Notes: generated by a model from the letters alone, not told the origin. A stretch of DNA of 64,000 nt from an uncultured delta proteobacterium (GCA_963713045.1 CAVQKE010000003.1:576001-640000), one strand, 5' to 3'. Counted from the first letter of the stretch, positions 10,672 through 20,846 are shown. A program made the numbers and translations.

Positions 10672-11115
10672 ATGGCCAAGAAGCTCGGCGGCGGCAGCCG
10701 ACAAGCGGAGCTGTTCGCGCGCTCAAAACGTCCCACCATTCCAATCGAGGAGAACCACCGGTTGGTGTTGCTGGCCGACCAAATCGACTGGACCGAGCTG
10801 CTGGACCTGGTCGAGGGAATTCGGCTGAGCAAGGTGAAGAATTCAGCGGGCCGACCGCCGCACCTACGCGCACTGTTGGGGGCTTTAGTCCTGAAAGCCA
10901 CGCGCCAAATGACGTTGCGCGAAGCGGAAGACCTCATCCGTCACTACGCGCCGGCTCGCTACCTGTGCGGCCTTACCGAGACAGAGTGGTCACCGGACCA
11001 CAACACGCTCCACGACTTCGAGGTGCTGATGGGGGGAGGACGGAACGCGCCTCGTCAACGAGTACGCAGTGAAATGGGCCGTGGCGGAGAAGCTTGCAGA
11101 CTCGAGCTTGGCGGC
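10672..11115 (+). pseudogene. IS5-like transposase N-terminal fragment (DUF772-type), frameshifted and truncated
   Basis: HRLVLLADQIDW..GRPP..LRE..RYLCGL..PDHNTL; extra G in the run at 11031-11036; DDE domain missing. Confidence 0.75.
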
Positions 11116-11671
11116 GATGGCGAGCGGCGTTTCCCCGGTGAAGGGCAGCTCCCCAGTCACCATCTCATAGAGGACAACGCCCAGAGCGTAGATGTCCGTG
11201 GCCGGCGTCACTGCGTTGCCGCTCACTTGTTCAGGCGCCATGTACTCGGGTGTCCCAAGCGCGCTCGCACCGCCCGTCAGCCGCTCTGCTCCCGTCTCAG
11301 TGCCACTGGCCTGCACCGCGCGCGCAATGCCGAAGTCCGTAATGGCGACGCGCATCGGGGTCGCCGAGGCTTCCGCGGGCCCTCCACGACGCGGCACCAG
11401 CATGACGTTTCCGCTCTTGAAGTCGCGGTGGATGACGCCCTCGGCATGCGCCGCAGCGAGCCCCTCGCACAGCTGCCGCACCAGGGGGAGCGCCTCGGTT
11501 GTCGTCAGACGACCCTGTCGGGAAATGCGCTGGGTCAGCGTTTCCCCTTCCAGGAGCTCCATCGTGAGGAAGTGGATTGGCACTCCGGCCCTGGTCGTCG
11601 CGTCGTAGAGCTCGTACACGCGGCACACATTGCGGTGGCTCACCCCGCGGGCAAGCAATACCTCACGCCTG
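11110..11671 (-). pseudogene. Hanks-type Ser/Thr protein kinase internal fragment
   Basis: HRNVCRVY, MELLEGETL, IHRDFKSGN, DFG, GTPEYMAPEQ, DIYALG; lacks the Gly-loop/VAIK N-lobe and the C-terminus. Confidence 0.88.
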
Positions 11672-11725
11672 GCCGACTGGGCGGTCCGCGCCCCGTCCGA
11701 ACCGAAGCACTCCGAGGGCTTGTAC

Positions 11726-11772
11726 GAGCGGGCGAGACTGGACTCGAACCAGTGCCCTTCGGCTCCGGAGGC
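11726..11772 (-). repeat. tRNA-Arg(CCG) 3'-half remnant (att-like), copy 1
   Basis: Minus strand reads GCCTCCGGAGCCGAAGGGCACTGGTTCGAGTCCAGTCTCGCCCGCTC: CCG anticodon loop and T-arm GGTTCGAGTCC; no D-arm upstream. Confidence 0.75.
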
Positions 11773-11984
11773 AGCCCCATCGACTGTCCACCATCGTCCG
11801 CACTCGTCCAACCATTCACAAGTACAGGGAGTGGGGCAGGGCCCCCCGGACAACTGGACGCCCAAAGACTCCTCGGACGACGTTTCTGTTCACCCGGTGT
11901 TCACCCCGGTCCGGCGGCCCGGCCGACGGCGGTGCTGAACGGAAGGGGAGGGGCCGCCGCTGCTCTATTTCGGACGGTCCGCTC

Positions 11985-12030
11985 GCGCTTCTGAGCGTTC
12001 GCGAAGCTGCGCAGCTGCTGCGCGTGGCCC
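11985..12030 (+). pseudogene. Second excisionase-type HTH remnant
   Basis: LLSVREAAQLLRVA, truncated; lies ~210 bp after the tRNA half. Confidence 0.5.
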
Positions 12031-12172
12031 CTGAGGCCTGCCGCGGCGTCGCAAGACCGAGAGCGTTCAGAGTGACTCTTTCCTTTTCGACTCGAGAGGC
12101 TTAGTCACCTTCGCCCTCTCAAGACGGGCAACTGCTTCGGTGGCCCTGGCCGCTTTCAAGAGCGCGTCCCAG

Positions 12173-12583
12173 TCATCTGGCGGGTCGCCTTTGTCGAGCA
12201 TCTTTCTTGAACACTGCGTACGCGTCGGCCCTGGAACCGTAGGCGCGCAGGGTGGTCGAGTCGTTCACCCAAGCGTAGATGACCACCCTGGCCTTCGAAT
12301 CGAACCGGAAAAAGAGCCGGAACCGCTGTCCACCGAACTTCGCTCGAAACCAGTGCTTCCGGTCTGCGCCCAAAGTGGCCCCCTGCCGGTGTTCCGGCCG
12401 GCCGGGATTGGCCGGGATGGTAGCGAACATCAGGTCGTTGAGGGCCGCCAGCACCTTGAAGCTCGCGCTGCTCTGATAGTCTTTCGGCTTCTTCGCTTTC
12501 TCCTTCTCGACCGCGCCCATCAGCTTTTCGAGTTGGTCGAGGAGGAGGGGATGAGCGAAGAGCTCCCAGCCGTTGACCTGCAT
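12173..12583 (-). CDS. yhaV: YhaV-family toxin, apparent frameshift near C-terminus
   Basis: VNGWELFAHPL, RQGATLG..KHWFRAKF..RLFFRF, AWVND..TLRAYG; the expected tail MLDKGDPPDDWDALL is in a shifted frame. Confidence 0.88.
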   Translation of the reverse strand: MQVNGWELFAHPLLLDQLEKLMGAVEKEKAKKPKDYQSSASFKVLAALNDLMFATIPANPGRPEHRQGATLGADRKHWFRAKFGGQRFRLFFRFDSKARVVIYAWVNDSTTLRAYGSRADAYAVFKKDARQRRPAR

Positions 12584-12586
12584 CGG

Positions 12587-12910
12587 TCAAAGGGCGACGT
12601 CGCCGTCGATAGGCGCGTCAAGATCGACCTTCTTGCCCTTAAGAAGGTTTGCCATACGCGACGCGAAGTTCTTAGACAGTGCCTTCACCGAGTTTGGATG
12701 CTGCGCGATGTCCTTGGCGATGAACTCAAGGAACTTTCCGACCACGGGGTCCTCGTGGACTGCGCCAGCGGGCACGACCGTCACCTGCTGCCCATTAACG
12801 CGAAAAGCAATCTGGTCGCCAACGTCGACGCCCAGTACCTGGCGAACAGCCTTCGGAACAGTCGTCTGGCCTTTGGCGGTGATGGTGCTGACTTCTTCAA
12901 GGACGGGCAT
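12587..12910 (-). CDS. prlF: PrlF/SohA-family antitoxin (AbrB fold)
   Basis: STITAKGQTTVPKAVRQVLG, HEDPVVGKFLEFIAKDI, VDLDAPI; directly upstream of yhaV. Confidence 0.9.
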   Translation of the reverse strand: MPVLEEVSTITAKGQTTVPKAVRQVLGVDVGDQIAFRVNGQQVTVVPAGAVHEDPVVGKFLEFIAKDIAQHPNSVKALSKNFASRMANLLKGKKVDLDAPIDGDVAL

Positions 12911-13052
12911 CTGATATCTCCAAGGCCCAAATGGTAAGGAATAGTCCTTACATGGTCAAGCGGGTCTCGCAATCGGCTCCTCAATCATGGAGAGGGCCTT
13001 CGGGCCTGGTGTTCGGTGACTCACCTCCCGAGGCGACTTGGGGTTGCTTGCG

Positions 13053-13099
13053 GAGCGCGCGATGCTGGATTCGAATCAGCGGCCTTCGGCTTCGGAGGC
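13053..13099 (-). repeat. tRNA-Arg(CCG) 3'-half remnant (att-like), copy 2
   Basis: Minus strand reads GCCTCCGAAGCCGAAGGCCGCTGATTCGAATCCAGCATCGCGCGCTC; 39/47 identical to copy 1, same orientation. Confidence 0.75.
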
Positions 13100-13182
13100 C
13101 GACCTCGCGCAGACGGGCACCCCGGGGCCCCATTCTGGAAGAAGGCAACGTTGCGGCGGCCGGCAACAGCCGGTGCCCCAGC

Positions 13183-13614
13183 TTAATGCGCGTCGTCGTC
13201 GCCTGGCGGGGGCATGCCGCCGTCGCTGGTGGGCTCGTCCCGTTGGCGGGACAGCTCGGCCTCAATGACGGCAAGGAGCACACGCTCTTTCTCATGAAAG
13301 CGGGCCTTGCTCGGGTCGCCCAGGGTGCGCCGCGCACCGTTGGCGTAGAATTCCAAGTCCTGAATGCTGGCCCCGTGGATGGGAGCCCCCTTGCTTCGCC
13401 CATAGGGCGGGAAGACGGACGGGGCATCCCCGGCAGCGCTCGGCGGCGCGCGCCGGCGAGTTTCCGCTGGCTTGGCCGAGCCGCCAATTTCCATCTCCCC
13501 GAGCCGGAGGCTGAAGCCCTCTCCCTGGCGAATGGCCGTTCCGACGCGCACGTGCTCCACGCTGCCGTCGGACCGAGTCACCGCCACCGTCACTGGCAGG
13601 TCCTGGTCGCCCAT
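13183..13614 (-). CDS. Hypothetical protein
   Basis: 143 aa, host-like codon usage, GGAAGGGG RBS, co-oriented with the upstream aminotransferase. Confidence 0.75.
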   Translation of the reverse strand: MGDQDLPVTVAVTRSDGSVEHVRVGTAIRQGEGFSLRLGEMEIGGSAKPAETRRRAPPSAAGDAPSVFPPYGRSKGAPIHGASIQDLEFYANGARRTLGDPSKARFHEKERVLLAVIEAELSRQRDEPTSDGGMPPPGDDDAH

Positions 13615-13737
13615 GGCCTGCCCCTTCCCACCGCCGGGCGGAGGCTGTCAACCGCTGAGAAGCACGTCAAGCTTGGGACGGGTGGCGCCCGGGCCCCTTC
13701 CGACCCAACCCAAGCCCCCGGGGCGGACACGGGCCCC

Positions 13738-14994
13738 TCAGGCAGCCCGCGCCCGAACCATCGCGCCCAGCCGCTCGAGGGCTCGCTCCAACACCTCCAT
13801 CGGTGGTCCGAAGCTGAAGCGGGCATGGTTTTTAAAGCGCGACACCCGGCCCCGCCGGCGCTTGCCGGGGTTGACGTCAAAAAACTCTCCCGGCACGGTG
13901 ATGACTTGGTGTTCCAGCGCCGCGCGGAAAAGGCCCATGCCCTCCGAGAGGGGAGGCGGCAGCTCGGACAAGTCCGCCCAGACGTAAAAGGTGCCTTCCG
14001 GGGCGGGGTTGACGCGCATCCCCAATTCCCGAAGCCCCTCGAGGAGACGCTCCCGCTTGGGACGGAAGGCCGTGTGGATGGCCTGTAGCTCGCGCTCGAC
14101 GTGGGCCGGCCCGAAAAGGGCAATCGCCGCACGCTGCAGCGGCTTACTGCCCCCGCCGTCGAGGAAGGAGCCAGCGCTGGCAACGGCGTCGATGACGGAC
14201 TTGGGACCGAGCGTCCAAGTGACGCGCCAACCCGGGTAGCGCCAATTCTTGGTCAGTCCGTCGAAGAGGACCACCGGGTCTCGGTTGACGTCGCGGACGA
14301 AGGCCGCGGCGCTGCGCGCGGCGGGCGGAGTCGTCCAGACGTAGTGCGCGTAAAACTCGTCGATGAGGAGCGCGCAGTCCAGTGCGCGCGCCAGGTGCAC
14401 CCAGGCGTCGAGCGCGCCGCCACCCACCACCTTCCCGGTGGGGTTGGCCGGGTTGGACATGAGGAGGGCCGACAGACCGCGCCCAAGCACCTCCTTGCGG
14501 AGCTCCTCCACGGGAAATTCGTAGCCGCGCTCGGCGTCCAGAAGGATGGGGATGGAAATGAAGCCTTTGAAGGCGTCGAGCAACTCCTCGTAGGCCGTGT
14601 AGTCCGGCAAGAAGTGGCCCAGGTTGACGGGCGCCAGGCTGGCCGCGGCCCGGGTGAGGGCCGCTCGGCCGCCTCCGGAGACACTGACGTTTTCCGCCGA
14701 GTATTGAGATGGGAGGCCTCGACGGTAGAGGCGGTTGTAATGGGCGGCGATGGTTTCCCGCAGTTCCCACAGGCCAGCCACCGGGGCATATTCCTGGTCG
14801 GCCGGGTCAATGGACACCGTCCCCACCCGCGGCGGTGCGCCCGGCAACTCTCCGGTGTCCGGCTGGCCCTGCCCGAGGTTGCACCAGGACACGTCCTGCG
14901 GCGTGAAACCGCGCTTCTGCGCTTCGGTGGTGACGAAAATGACGCCGGTGCGAGGCACCGTGCGGAAGGCTGAAACGTCGCTCTCGCTGGACAT
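13738..14994 (-). CDS. PLP-dependent aminotransferase class I/II
   Basis: NLGQGQPD, SNPANPTG, DEFY, GLTKNWRYPGWRV. Confidence 0.92.
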   Translation of the reverse strand: MSSESDVSAFRTVPRTGVIFVTTEAQKRGFTPQDVSWCNLGQGQPDTGELPGAPPRVGTVSIDPADQEYAPVAGLWELRETIAAHYNRLYRRGLPSQYSAENVSVSGGGRAALTRAAASLAPVNLGHFLPDYTAYEELLDAFKGFISIPILLDAERGYEFPVEELRKEVLGRGLSALLMSNPANPTGKVVGGGALDAWVHLARALDCALLIDEFYAHYVWTTPPAARSAAAFVRDVNRDPVVLFDGLTKNWRYPGWRVTWTLGPKSVIDAVASAGSFLDGGGSKPLQRAAIALFGPAHVERELQAIHTAFRPKRERLLEGLRELGMRVNPAPEGTFYVWADLSELPPPLSEGMGLFRAALEHQVITVPGEFFDVNPGKRRRGRVSRFKNHARFSFGPPMEVLERALERLGAMVRARAA

Positions 14995-15056
14995 GCCGGG
15001 TTGGCTCCACCCTACACCAGCCAAGGCCAGGCGGCGCGCGCCTGTCCGGTTGGGCC

Positions 15057-16242
15057 TCACTGCGCCACCGCCCCGCCGCGGTCGACGCAGGCACGGAAAT
15101 GCGCATTCACCGCGCGGGCGTAGCGGGCCGTCGTGTATCTGCCCTTCAGCTTGGGGCTCGACAGCTCAACGTCCGGAAGCTCGGCTGCAGGGAGGGCCGT
15201 CCCGAAACGGGCCTGGTAGCCGGCCTGGACGGCGCGGTAGGTGGGGCTGGCGTCAAAGGCCGCCTGTTTCTCCAGGCGGACATCCCGCCGGACGTCGGCG
15301 GCGCTCAGTCCCGGCTGTCCCTTGGCAAAGGCAAAAAGCGCCCGCAGTCGAGTCGCTCTCCTCGTCGCGAGCCTCTCCGTGGACGTCGTAGGCGAGCAGG
15401 TCTCCATCGACGGCCAACGGTTGCCCGGTGAGGCGACTGAGGGCCCGCTGGACAGCGGCGTTGCGCGAGGCGTACTCGCCGGCGTTGTAGTCCGCGAAGC
15501 GAAACAACGGACGGGGGTAATGCGCTGGATATCCCCAAAGACGCTGGACGCCCCATCGCAGCCCGGCAGCCCGGGTGAAGAGGGCATCCCGGACGGCGTC
15601 AGTGTCGGCAAACTGGCCGGGGTCCTGGGTGAGGACCCAGCGGGCGCTGACCTGCATCGACCCGGCGGTGCCCACCGGATTCAAGTCCTCCAGCCGCGCC
15701 TTGCGGAAAATGCCATCCAACAGCGCGGCGGCGCGGTAGGCCACCGGGTGCTTGGCATGCGCGGCGGCCAGCATGTCCCGAAACAGCAAATCCAGGTCCC
15801 GTTCGGTGTGCAGACCCCGGAGCCGCTGGGCGAACGTCTTCGTGTCCCCCGGCTTTTTCTCGGCCAACAAACCTCGAACCGCGGACTGTCCCGGCGGCCC
15901 AAAGTTTGAGGCCATCGCGTCCAGGCGCGTCTGCACCATCTCGGCCAAGCCGGGAACCGGAGGGTCCACTTGGAAGCCGGACTCCTGTTGGAGGATGGCC
16001 ACCGCGCCGCAGACGTGCTCCAAGTCCGAGGGCACCCGGGCCGCCGCGAAGGCAGCCCGGAGGTCCCGCGCCCAGCCCTCGGCGTCGGGGAGGTCCTCCG
16101 GAAGCAGCGCCCTGACTTCGACGGCCGAGAGCGCGCGGGGCGCACGGGGAGCGACCGGGGCAGCCGTTTCCTGCTTCCGACAGCCGGAGAGTAGGCCGAG
16201 CATCAAAAGGCCAACCCTTCCAAGGCGAGTGACCCGAAGCAC
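15057..16242 (-). CDS. DUF1615 (YaiW-like) lipoprotein, single frameshift near 15348
   Basis: Lipobox LLSGC, QESGFQVDPPVPGL, GSMQVS, RFADYNAG; C-terminus (LSSPKL..TT..A..V) continues in another frame. Confidence 0.8.
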
Positions 16243-16260
16243 GGAGTTCGCAGCCGCCCG

Positions 16261-17853
16261 CTAGGCGACGCGCGCCTCTTCGATGTCCAGCTGGGACTCA
16301 ATCCGATGCAGCACTTCATCTCCAATTGCGCCTTCGTTGCGCAGGCGGACCAATTCACGGCGCTGCGCTTCAATCAGCTCGCGCATCAATCGGCGGTAGT
16401 CGTCTCCCGTCCCCTTCTCCGCGTCCAGGCCTTGCGCCACCTTGGCTTCCAGACGCTGCCGGCGCTCCTCCAGCGCCGTCTGCAGCGCTTCGGCGCGAGC
16501 GCGGGGCAACCACGGCTCGCCCAGCAGGGCGCGCAACCGAGCTTGCCCGGCCTTCACCGCCGCCAGTCGAGCAGCCTGTTCCTCCAGCGCTTGGTCGCCA
16601 TCGCCGGTGACGCGCAGGGCGCGGATGAGCGGTGCGAGCGTCAGGCCCTCCACCACCAGCGTCACCAGCACCACGGCGAAGGTGATGAAGATGATCTCAG
16701 CACGGTAGGGGAAGGGCGTCCCGAGGCGGCTGGTGAGTGGCAGCGCCAGCGCGGTGGCCAGGGACAGCACGCCTCGCATGCCGGCCCAACCGAGGACGAA
16801 AAGCTGTGAGGTGGGCGGCATCGGGTCCTTCCGCCCAATGCTGGGGATGAGAACGCGCGGAAGGTAGGCGGTTGGAAAAATCCAGACGATGCGGACCAGC
16901 ATCACCACCAGGCAGATGGGAAGGCTGAGCAGCACCATCGACCAAAGCCGGCCCCCAACGAAGCCCGACACCACGCCGCGCAGCTGAAGCCCCAGCAGGA
17001 TGAAGGCCAGTCCGTTGAGGAACAGCACCCAGGTTTCCCAGACCGCGCTGGCTGGCAAGCGTGCATCGGCCCGCAGCACGACAGGGGCGTAATAGCCGGC
17101 ATACAGGCCGGCGCTGACGACGGCCAGGACACCGGAGCCTCCCAGGGCCTCCGCTGGCAGCCACACCAGGTACGGACATACCAGGGAGAAGAGAATGAGG
17201 ATGAAGGGGTCGCGGATGGACTTGGTGACTTGAAGGATGACCCAGCCGACTGCCAACCCCGCTCCGACGCCCGCCACGCACACCCAAACGAAGCCCAGCG
17301 CGGCCCGCCCGAGCGAGAACGTCCCGGTGAGGACCGCCGCCACCGCGAACCGGTAGGCCACCAGCGCAGAGGCGTCGTTCAACAGACTCTCCCCCTCGAG
17401 GATGGCCACCACCCGGCTCGGCAGCCCCACCTGCCGGGCGACGGCGGAGACGGCCACGGCGTCGGTCGGCGACAGCACTGCGCCAAGGACGAAGGCCACC
17501 GCCAGTGGCATCCCTGGAATCAGCGCATGGACGCTCAGCCCGACCGCGAGGACGGTGCCCAGCACCAGTCCGATGGCCAGCTGGCTAATGGCCCGCTTGT
17601 TGCGACGAACGTCCCGCCAGGACATTTCATAGGCGTCGGCGTAGAGCAGCGGCGGAAGGAAGAGCACCAGCACCAAGTCCGGGTCGAGGTGCACCTGCGG
17701 CACCTGGGGCACCAAGGCCAGCCCCAGCCCGCCGAGGACCAGGAGAATCGGGTACGGCACGGCGAGGCGCCGGGCCAGGGTGGCCAGCAGGACGACTGCC
17801 AGGAGCAGGCCAACCAGCAGCATCAGCGTCGCTTTGACGTCGAGCTCGCTCAC
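16261..17853 (-). CDS. Na+/H+ antiporter, CPA1 family
   Basis: FLPPLLY, SPTDAVAV, LEGESLLNDA, WAGMRGVLSLA. Confidence 0.94.
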   Translation of the reverse strand: MSELDVKATLMLLVGLLLAVVLLATLARRLAVPYPILLVLGGLGLALVPQVPQVHLDPDLVLVLFLPPLLYADAYEMSWRDVRRNKRAISQLAIGLVLGTVLAVGLSVHALIPGMPLAVAFVLGAVLSPTDAVAVSAVARQVGLPSRVVAILEGESLLNDASALVAYRFAVAAVLTGTFSLGRAALGFVWVCVAGVGAGLAVGWVILQVTKSIRDPFILILFSLVCPYLVWLPAEALGGSGVLAVVSAGLYAGYYAPVVLRADARLPASAVWETWVLFLNGLAFILLGLQLRGVVSGFVGGRLWSMVLLSLPICLVVMLVRIVWIFPTAYLPRVLIPSIGRKDPMPPTSQLFVLGWAGMRGVLSLATALALPLTSRLGTPFPYRAEIIFITFAVVLVTLVVEGLTLAPLIRALRVTGDGDQALEEQAARLAAVKAGQARLRALLGEPWLPRARAEALQTALEERRQRLEAKVAQGLDAEKGTGDDYRRLMRELIEAQRRELVRLRNEGAIGDEVLHRIESQLDIEEARVA

Positions 17854-17969
17854 GGACGGCGCAGAGGCTAACTCAGCTTCCGCGCAGCCGGGCCGCCTCC
17901 CTTCGTCCCACAGCACCTCGGGGGGTGCTCGACAGCCGGGCCTGGAGGAGGGTAGCCAGCGGCCCTGCC

Positions 17970-19184
17970 ATGCGGTGGTCGGCCCTCAATCCCTGGAAGG
18001 ACCTCGCCGGCCTGCCGCGCGAGTCCTGGCTCATCGCACTGGCGACGCTGGTGAACCGTGCCGGCACCATGGTGATGCCCTTCCTGGTGCTGTTTCTCAC
18101 CCGCGACCGGGGCCTTGCCGCCACGCGAGCTGGTTTCGCAATTGCCGTTTATGGCGCGGTAGCGCTGGTTTGGTCTCCCATCGCCGGGAGGCTGGGAGAT
18201 GCCTGGGGCCAGCTGCGCATGGTGAAGGCGTCTCTCTTCGCCAGCGCGGCTGTGCTGATGGCCGTCCCGCTGTTTCATTCCTACGCGTCCATTCTCTTCG
18301 GGATGGTGCTCCTCGCATTCGCCAGCGAGCCGGTGCGCCCGGCGACGATGGCGCTGGTCAGCCACCTCGCTCCGCCGCAGCGGCGGCGCCAGGCTTTTGC
18401 GCTCAACCGGCTGGCCGTCAACTTGGGGATGAGCGTCGGTCCCGCCTTGGGCGGCTTCCTCGCCGAGTCCTCGTTTCGCGCTCTGTTTTGGGTCGACGCG
18501 GCGACCTCGCTCGTCGCCGGACTGGTGCTGAGCGTCATCCCCTTCCGCGCGCCACGGCACTTTCATGACCCAACCGCCGTCCAGCCCGGCACCGCGCTCC
18601 GGGACGGCAAACTGCTCTACGTCCTGGCGGCACTCCTCCCGGTTCTGATGGTCTTCTTCCAGCACGTCTCCACCATGCCCCTCTACCTGGTGGACACCCT
18701 CGGGTTTCGCCCGTCGGTGTACGGGAGTCTGTTCGCCGTCAACACCCTGGTCATCGTCCTCACCGAGGTGCGCCTCAACACCCTCACCGGGCATTGGCCC
18801 TTCGGTCGAACGCTGGCCATCGGCGCCCTGCTCGCCACGCTGGGGTTTGCCGCGCTGGCCATCGCCCACTCGCTGCCGGCGGTGGTGGCAACGGTGTTGG
18901 TGTGGACTGCCGGGGAGATGATTCTCTTCCCCACCATGTCCGCCTACATCTCTGAGCTCGCGCCACCCGCCCGACGGGGCGAATATTTGGGCTTCTACAC
19001 CATGGCCTTCGGTGTCGCTTTCAGCCTCGGCCCCTGGCTCGGCACGCTCGTCTTTCAGCACCTTGGCCCCGTCACCCTGTGGGCGCTGTGCCTGCCCGCG
19101 GGCTGCATCTCGGTGTGGGCGCTGGCGCGCGTTTCGACGCGCGCCCCAGCCAGTATCAACCCCGCTGTTGCCTCGCCCAACTGA
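17970..19184 (+). CDS. MFS transporter
   Basis: 12 hydrophobic segments; motif-A-like GRLGDAWG; APPARRGEYLG. Confidence 0.92.
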   Translation: MRWSALNPWKDLAGLPRESWLIALATLVNRAGTMVMPFLVLFLTRDRGLAATRAGFAIAVYGAVALVWSPIAGRLGDAWGQLRMVKASLFASAAVLMAVPLFHSYASILFGMVLLAFASEPVRPATMALVSHLAPPQRRRQAFALNRLAVNLGMSVGPALGGFLAESSFRALFWVDAATSLVAGLVLSVIPFRAPRHFHDPTAVQPGTALRDGKLLYVLAALLPVLMVFFQHVSTMPLYLVDTLGFRPSVYGSLFAVNTLVIVLTEVRLNTLTGHWPFGRTLAIGALLATLGFAALAIAHSLPAVVATVLVWTAGEMILFPTMSAYISELAPPARRGEYLGFYTMAFGVAFSLGPWLGTLVFQHLGPVTLWALCLPAGCISVWALARVSTRAPASINPAVASPN

Positions 19185-19319
19185 GAGCACTCTGGGGTTG
19201 AGCCGTGCGCTGCCTTAAACTCCCCGCTCCGCTGTGGGTTTGACCCTTGGCTGAAATCAAGCTGTCGTTGTCCCTCGGGGAGGATGGCTGCCGCCTCCCC
19301 CCTGTCATGAGGAGCCCGC

Positions 19320-20846
19320 ATGCGCGCATCAGCCGTTGTCGTCGGATGCACCCTGTGCAGCATCTGGACGGTCGGTTGCGGGAGCAACGGGGCCGCTGGG
19401 CCGGCAGTCGTTATTTCGCCGGCGACCCTGAGCGTCGCTACCGGAGGCACCGCCACCACCTTCCAGGCGTACCTCAGCGGCGGCGCCACCTCCCCGGTGG
19501 CGTGGACTCTCACCGGACCCGGCGCCCTGGCTCCCGTCTCCGACGTCGAAACCAGCTACCAGCCCCCTTCCTTAGGTGAAAGCGGCGGCACCGCGACGCT
19601 GAAGGCCAGCGCCCCCTGCGGCACCGGCTGCACGGTGGTGAATACGGCCACCCTCACCGTCAGCACCGCCACCACCGGGACGCTCACCGTGACTGTCACC
19701 GACCTGCCCACCACGGCGCCGGCCACCCTCACCGTCAGTGGCCCCAATGGCTACTCGCAGGCGGTGTCCACCACCAACACCGCCACGCTGGTGGGCCTCT
19801 CACCTGGCGCCTACACGGTGACGGGCGCGGACATCGGCGACAGCACCAACCCCGTCGTCAACTCCAAGTCCACCGCGGCGCCCGCGCCGGTGACCGTGGT
19901 GGCCAATGCGATGGCCAGCGTGACGGTGACTTACGCACCCGTCCCCGGGTACGGCTACCTCTGGGTCGCCGGAGGCATGGGCCTTGAGGGCTTTACCCCG
20001 GGGGACCTCCAAGTCCAGGGCACCCCCAGCATCACCCCCACCACCTCCGGCGCGGTCCAGGCCGTCGCCTTCGACGCGAGCGGCACCCTCTGGACGTCTC
20101 AGCTTGGCCCTCCGGACAGCGTGGTCAGCTACGCGCCGGCCGGGTTGGCCAGCTCCGCGCCGTTGACGGCTGCGGTGACCGTCACCGGCGGCCCCGTCTC
20201 GGGCCCGGCCGGCGTGGCCCTCGGGCCCGATGGACGCCTGTGGGTGGCCAACTGCGCTTCCAACGTCATCGCTGCCTACCCCCTGACTGGCGGGGCGGCG
20301 CAGGTGGAAATCAGCGGCAACCCCTTCAACTGCCCCTATGGCATCGCCTTCGACAGCGCGGGCAATTTGTGGGTAGCCAACCGCACCGGCGTCGCCGAGC
20401 GCATCCCCGCAGCGCAAATACAGGCCAACAACACTGCCCCCAGCCCGGACGTCACTCTCACGCCGCCGACGGGCGCCAGCCAACCCGATGGGCTGGCCCT
20501 CGACGCGCAGGGCAACGTCTGGGTGGCCTTCTGCGCTGGACCGGCCGTTGCGCGCTACGAAGCGAGCGGCGGAAGCGTTGCGGCGACGCCCATCGCCACC
20601 CTGACGCAGACGGGCACTCCGCCGAGCCTGGACTGCCCGGTGGGGCTCGCGCTGGACAACAGCGGGGACCTCTTCGTGGCCAACGCCGGCACACTGGGCG
20701 CGGGTGCGACAGTGTCTTGGTTTACCGCCGCCAACCTGGCCACCGGCGGAGCAGCGTCGCCGCTTTTCCAGCTCACCAGCTTCGCCCCCAGCGTTGGTGG
20801 ACTGGCCTTCAACCCCACGCCCACCAACCTCCCCATCTTCCACTAG
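19320..20846 (+). CDS. Lipoprotein with Ig-like region and NHL-repeat beta-propeller
   Basis: TVGC lipobox; repeated P.G.A.D..GNLWVAN units. Confidence 0.8.
   Translation: MRASAVVVGCTLCSIWTVGCGSNGAAGPAVVISPATLSVATGGTATTFQAYLSGGATSPVAWTLTGPGALAPVSDVETSYQPPSLGESGGTATLKASAPCGTGCTVVNTATLTVSTATTGTLTVTVTDLPTTAPATLTVSGPNGYSQAVSTTNTATLVGLSPGAYTVTGADIGDSTNPVVNSKSTAAPAPVTVVANAMASVTVTYAPVPGYGYLWVAGGMGLEGFTPGDLQVQGTPSITPTTSGAVQAVAFDASGTLWTSQLGPPDSVVSYAPAGLASSAPLTAAVTVTGGPVSGPAGVALGPDGRLWVANCASNVIAAYPLTGGAAQVEISGNPFNCPYGIAFDSAGNLWVANRTGVAERIPAAQIQANNTAPSPDVTLTPPTGASQPDGLALDAQGNVWVAFCAGPAVARYEASGGSVAATPIATLTQTGTPPSLDCPVGLALDNSGDLFVANAGTLGAGATVSWFTAANLATGGAASPLFQLTSFAPSVGGLAFNPTPTNLPIFH

Larger units (their letters stand above)
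6570..13100. mobile_element. Degenerate accessory island (integration hotspot)
   Basis: Contains tRNA-half att remnants, xis remnants, an IS fragment, a TA pair and gene fragments; GATC-rich versus its flanks; boundaries approximate. Confidence 0.7.

Noticed and set aside
10672..11994. 440-aa ORF as a full transposase
   Set aside because: After residue ~121 it is read-through along the antisense strand of the kinase fragment
11726..13099. Intact tRNA genes
   Set aside because: Only anticodon-to-acceptor halves are present; no D-arm or 5' strand
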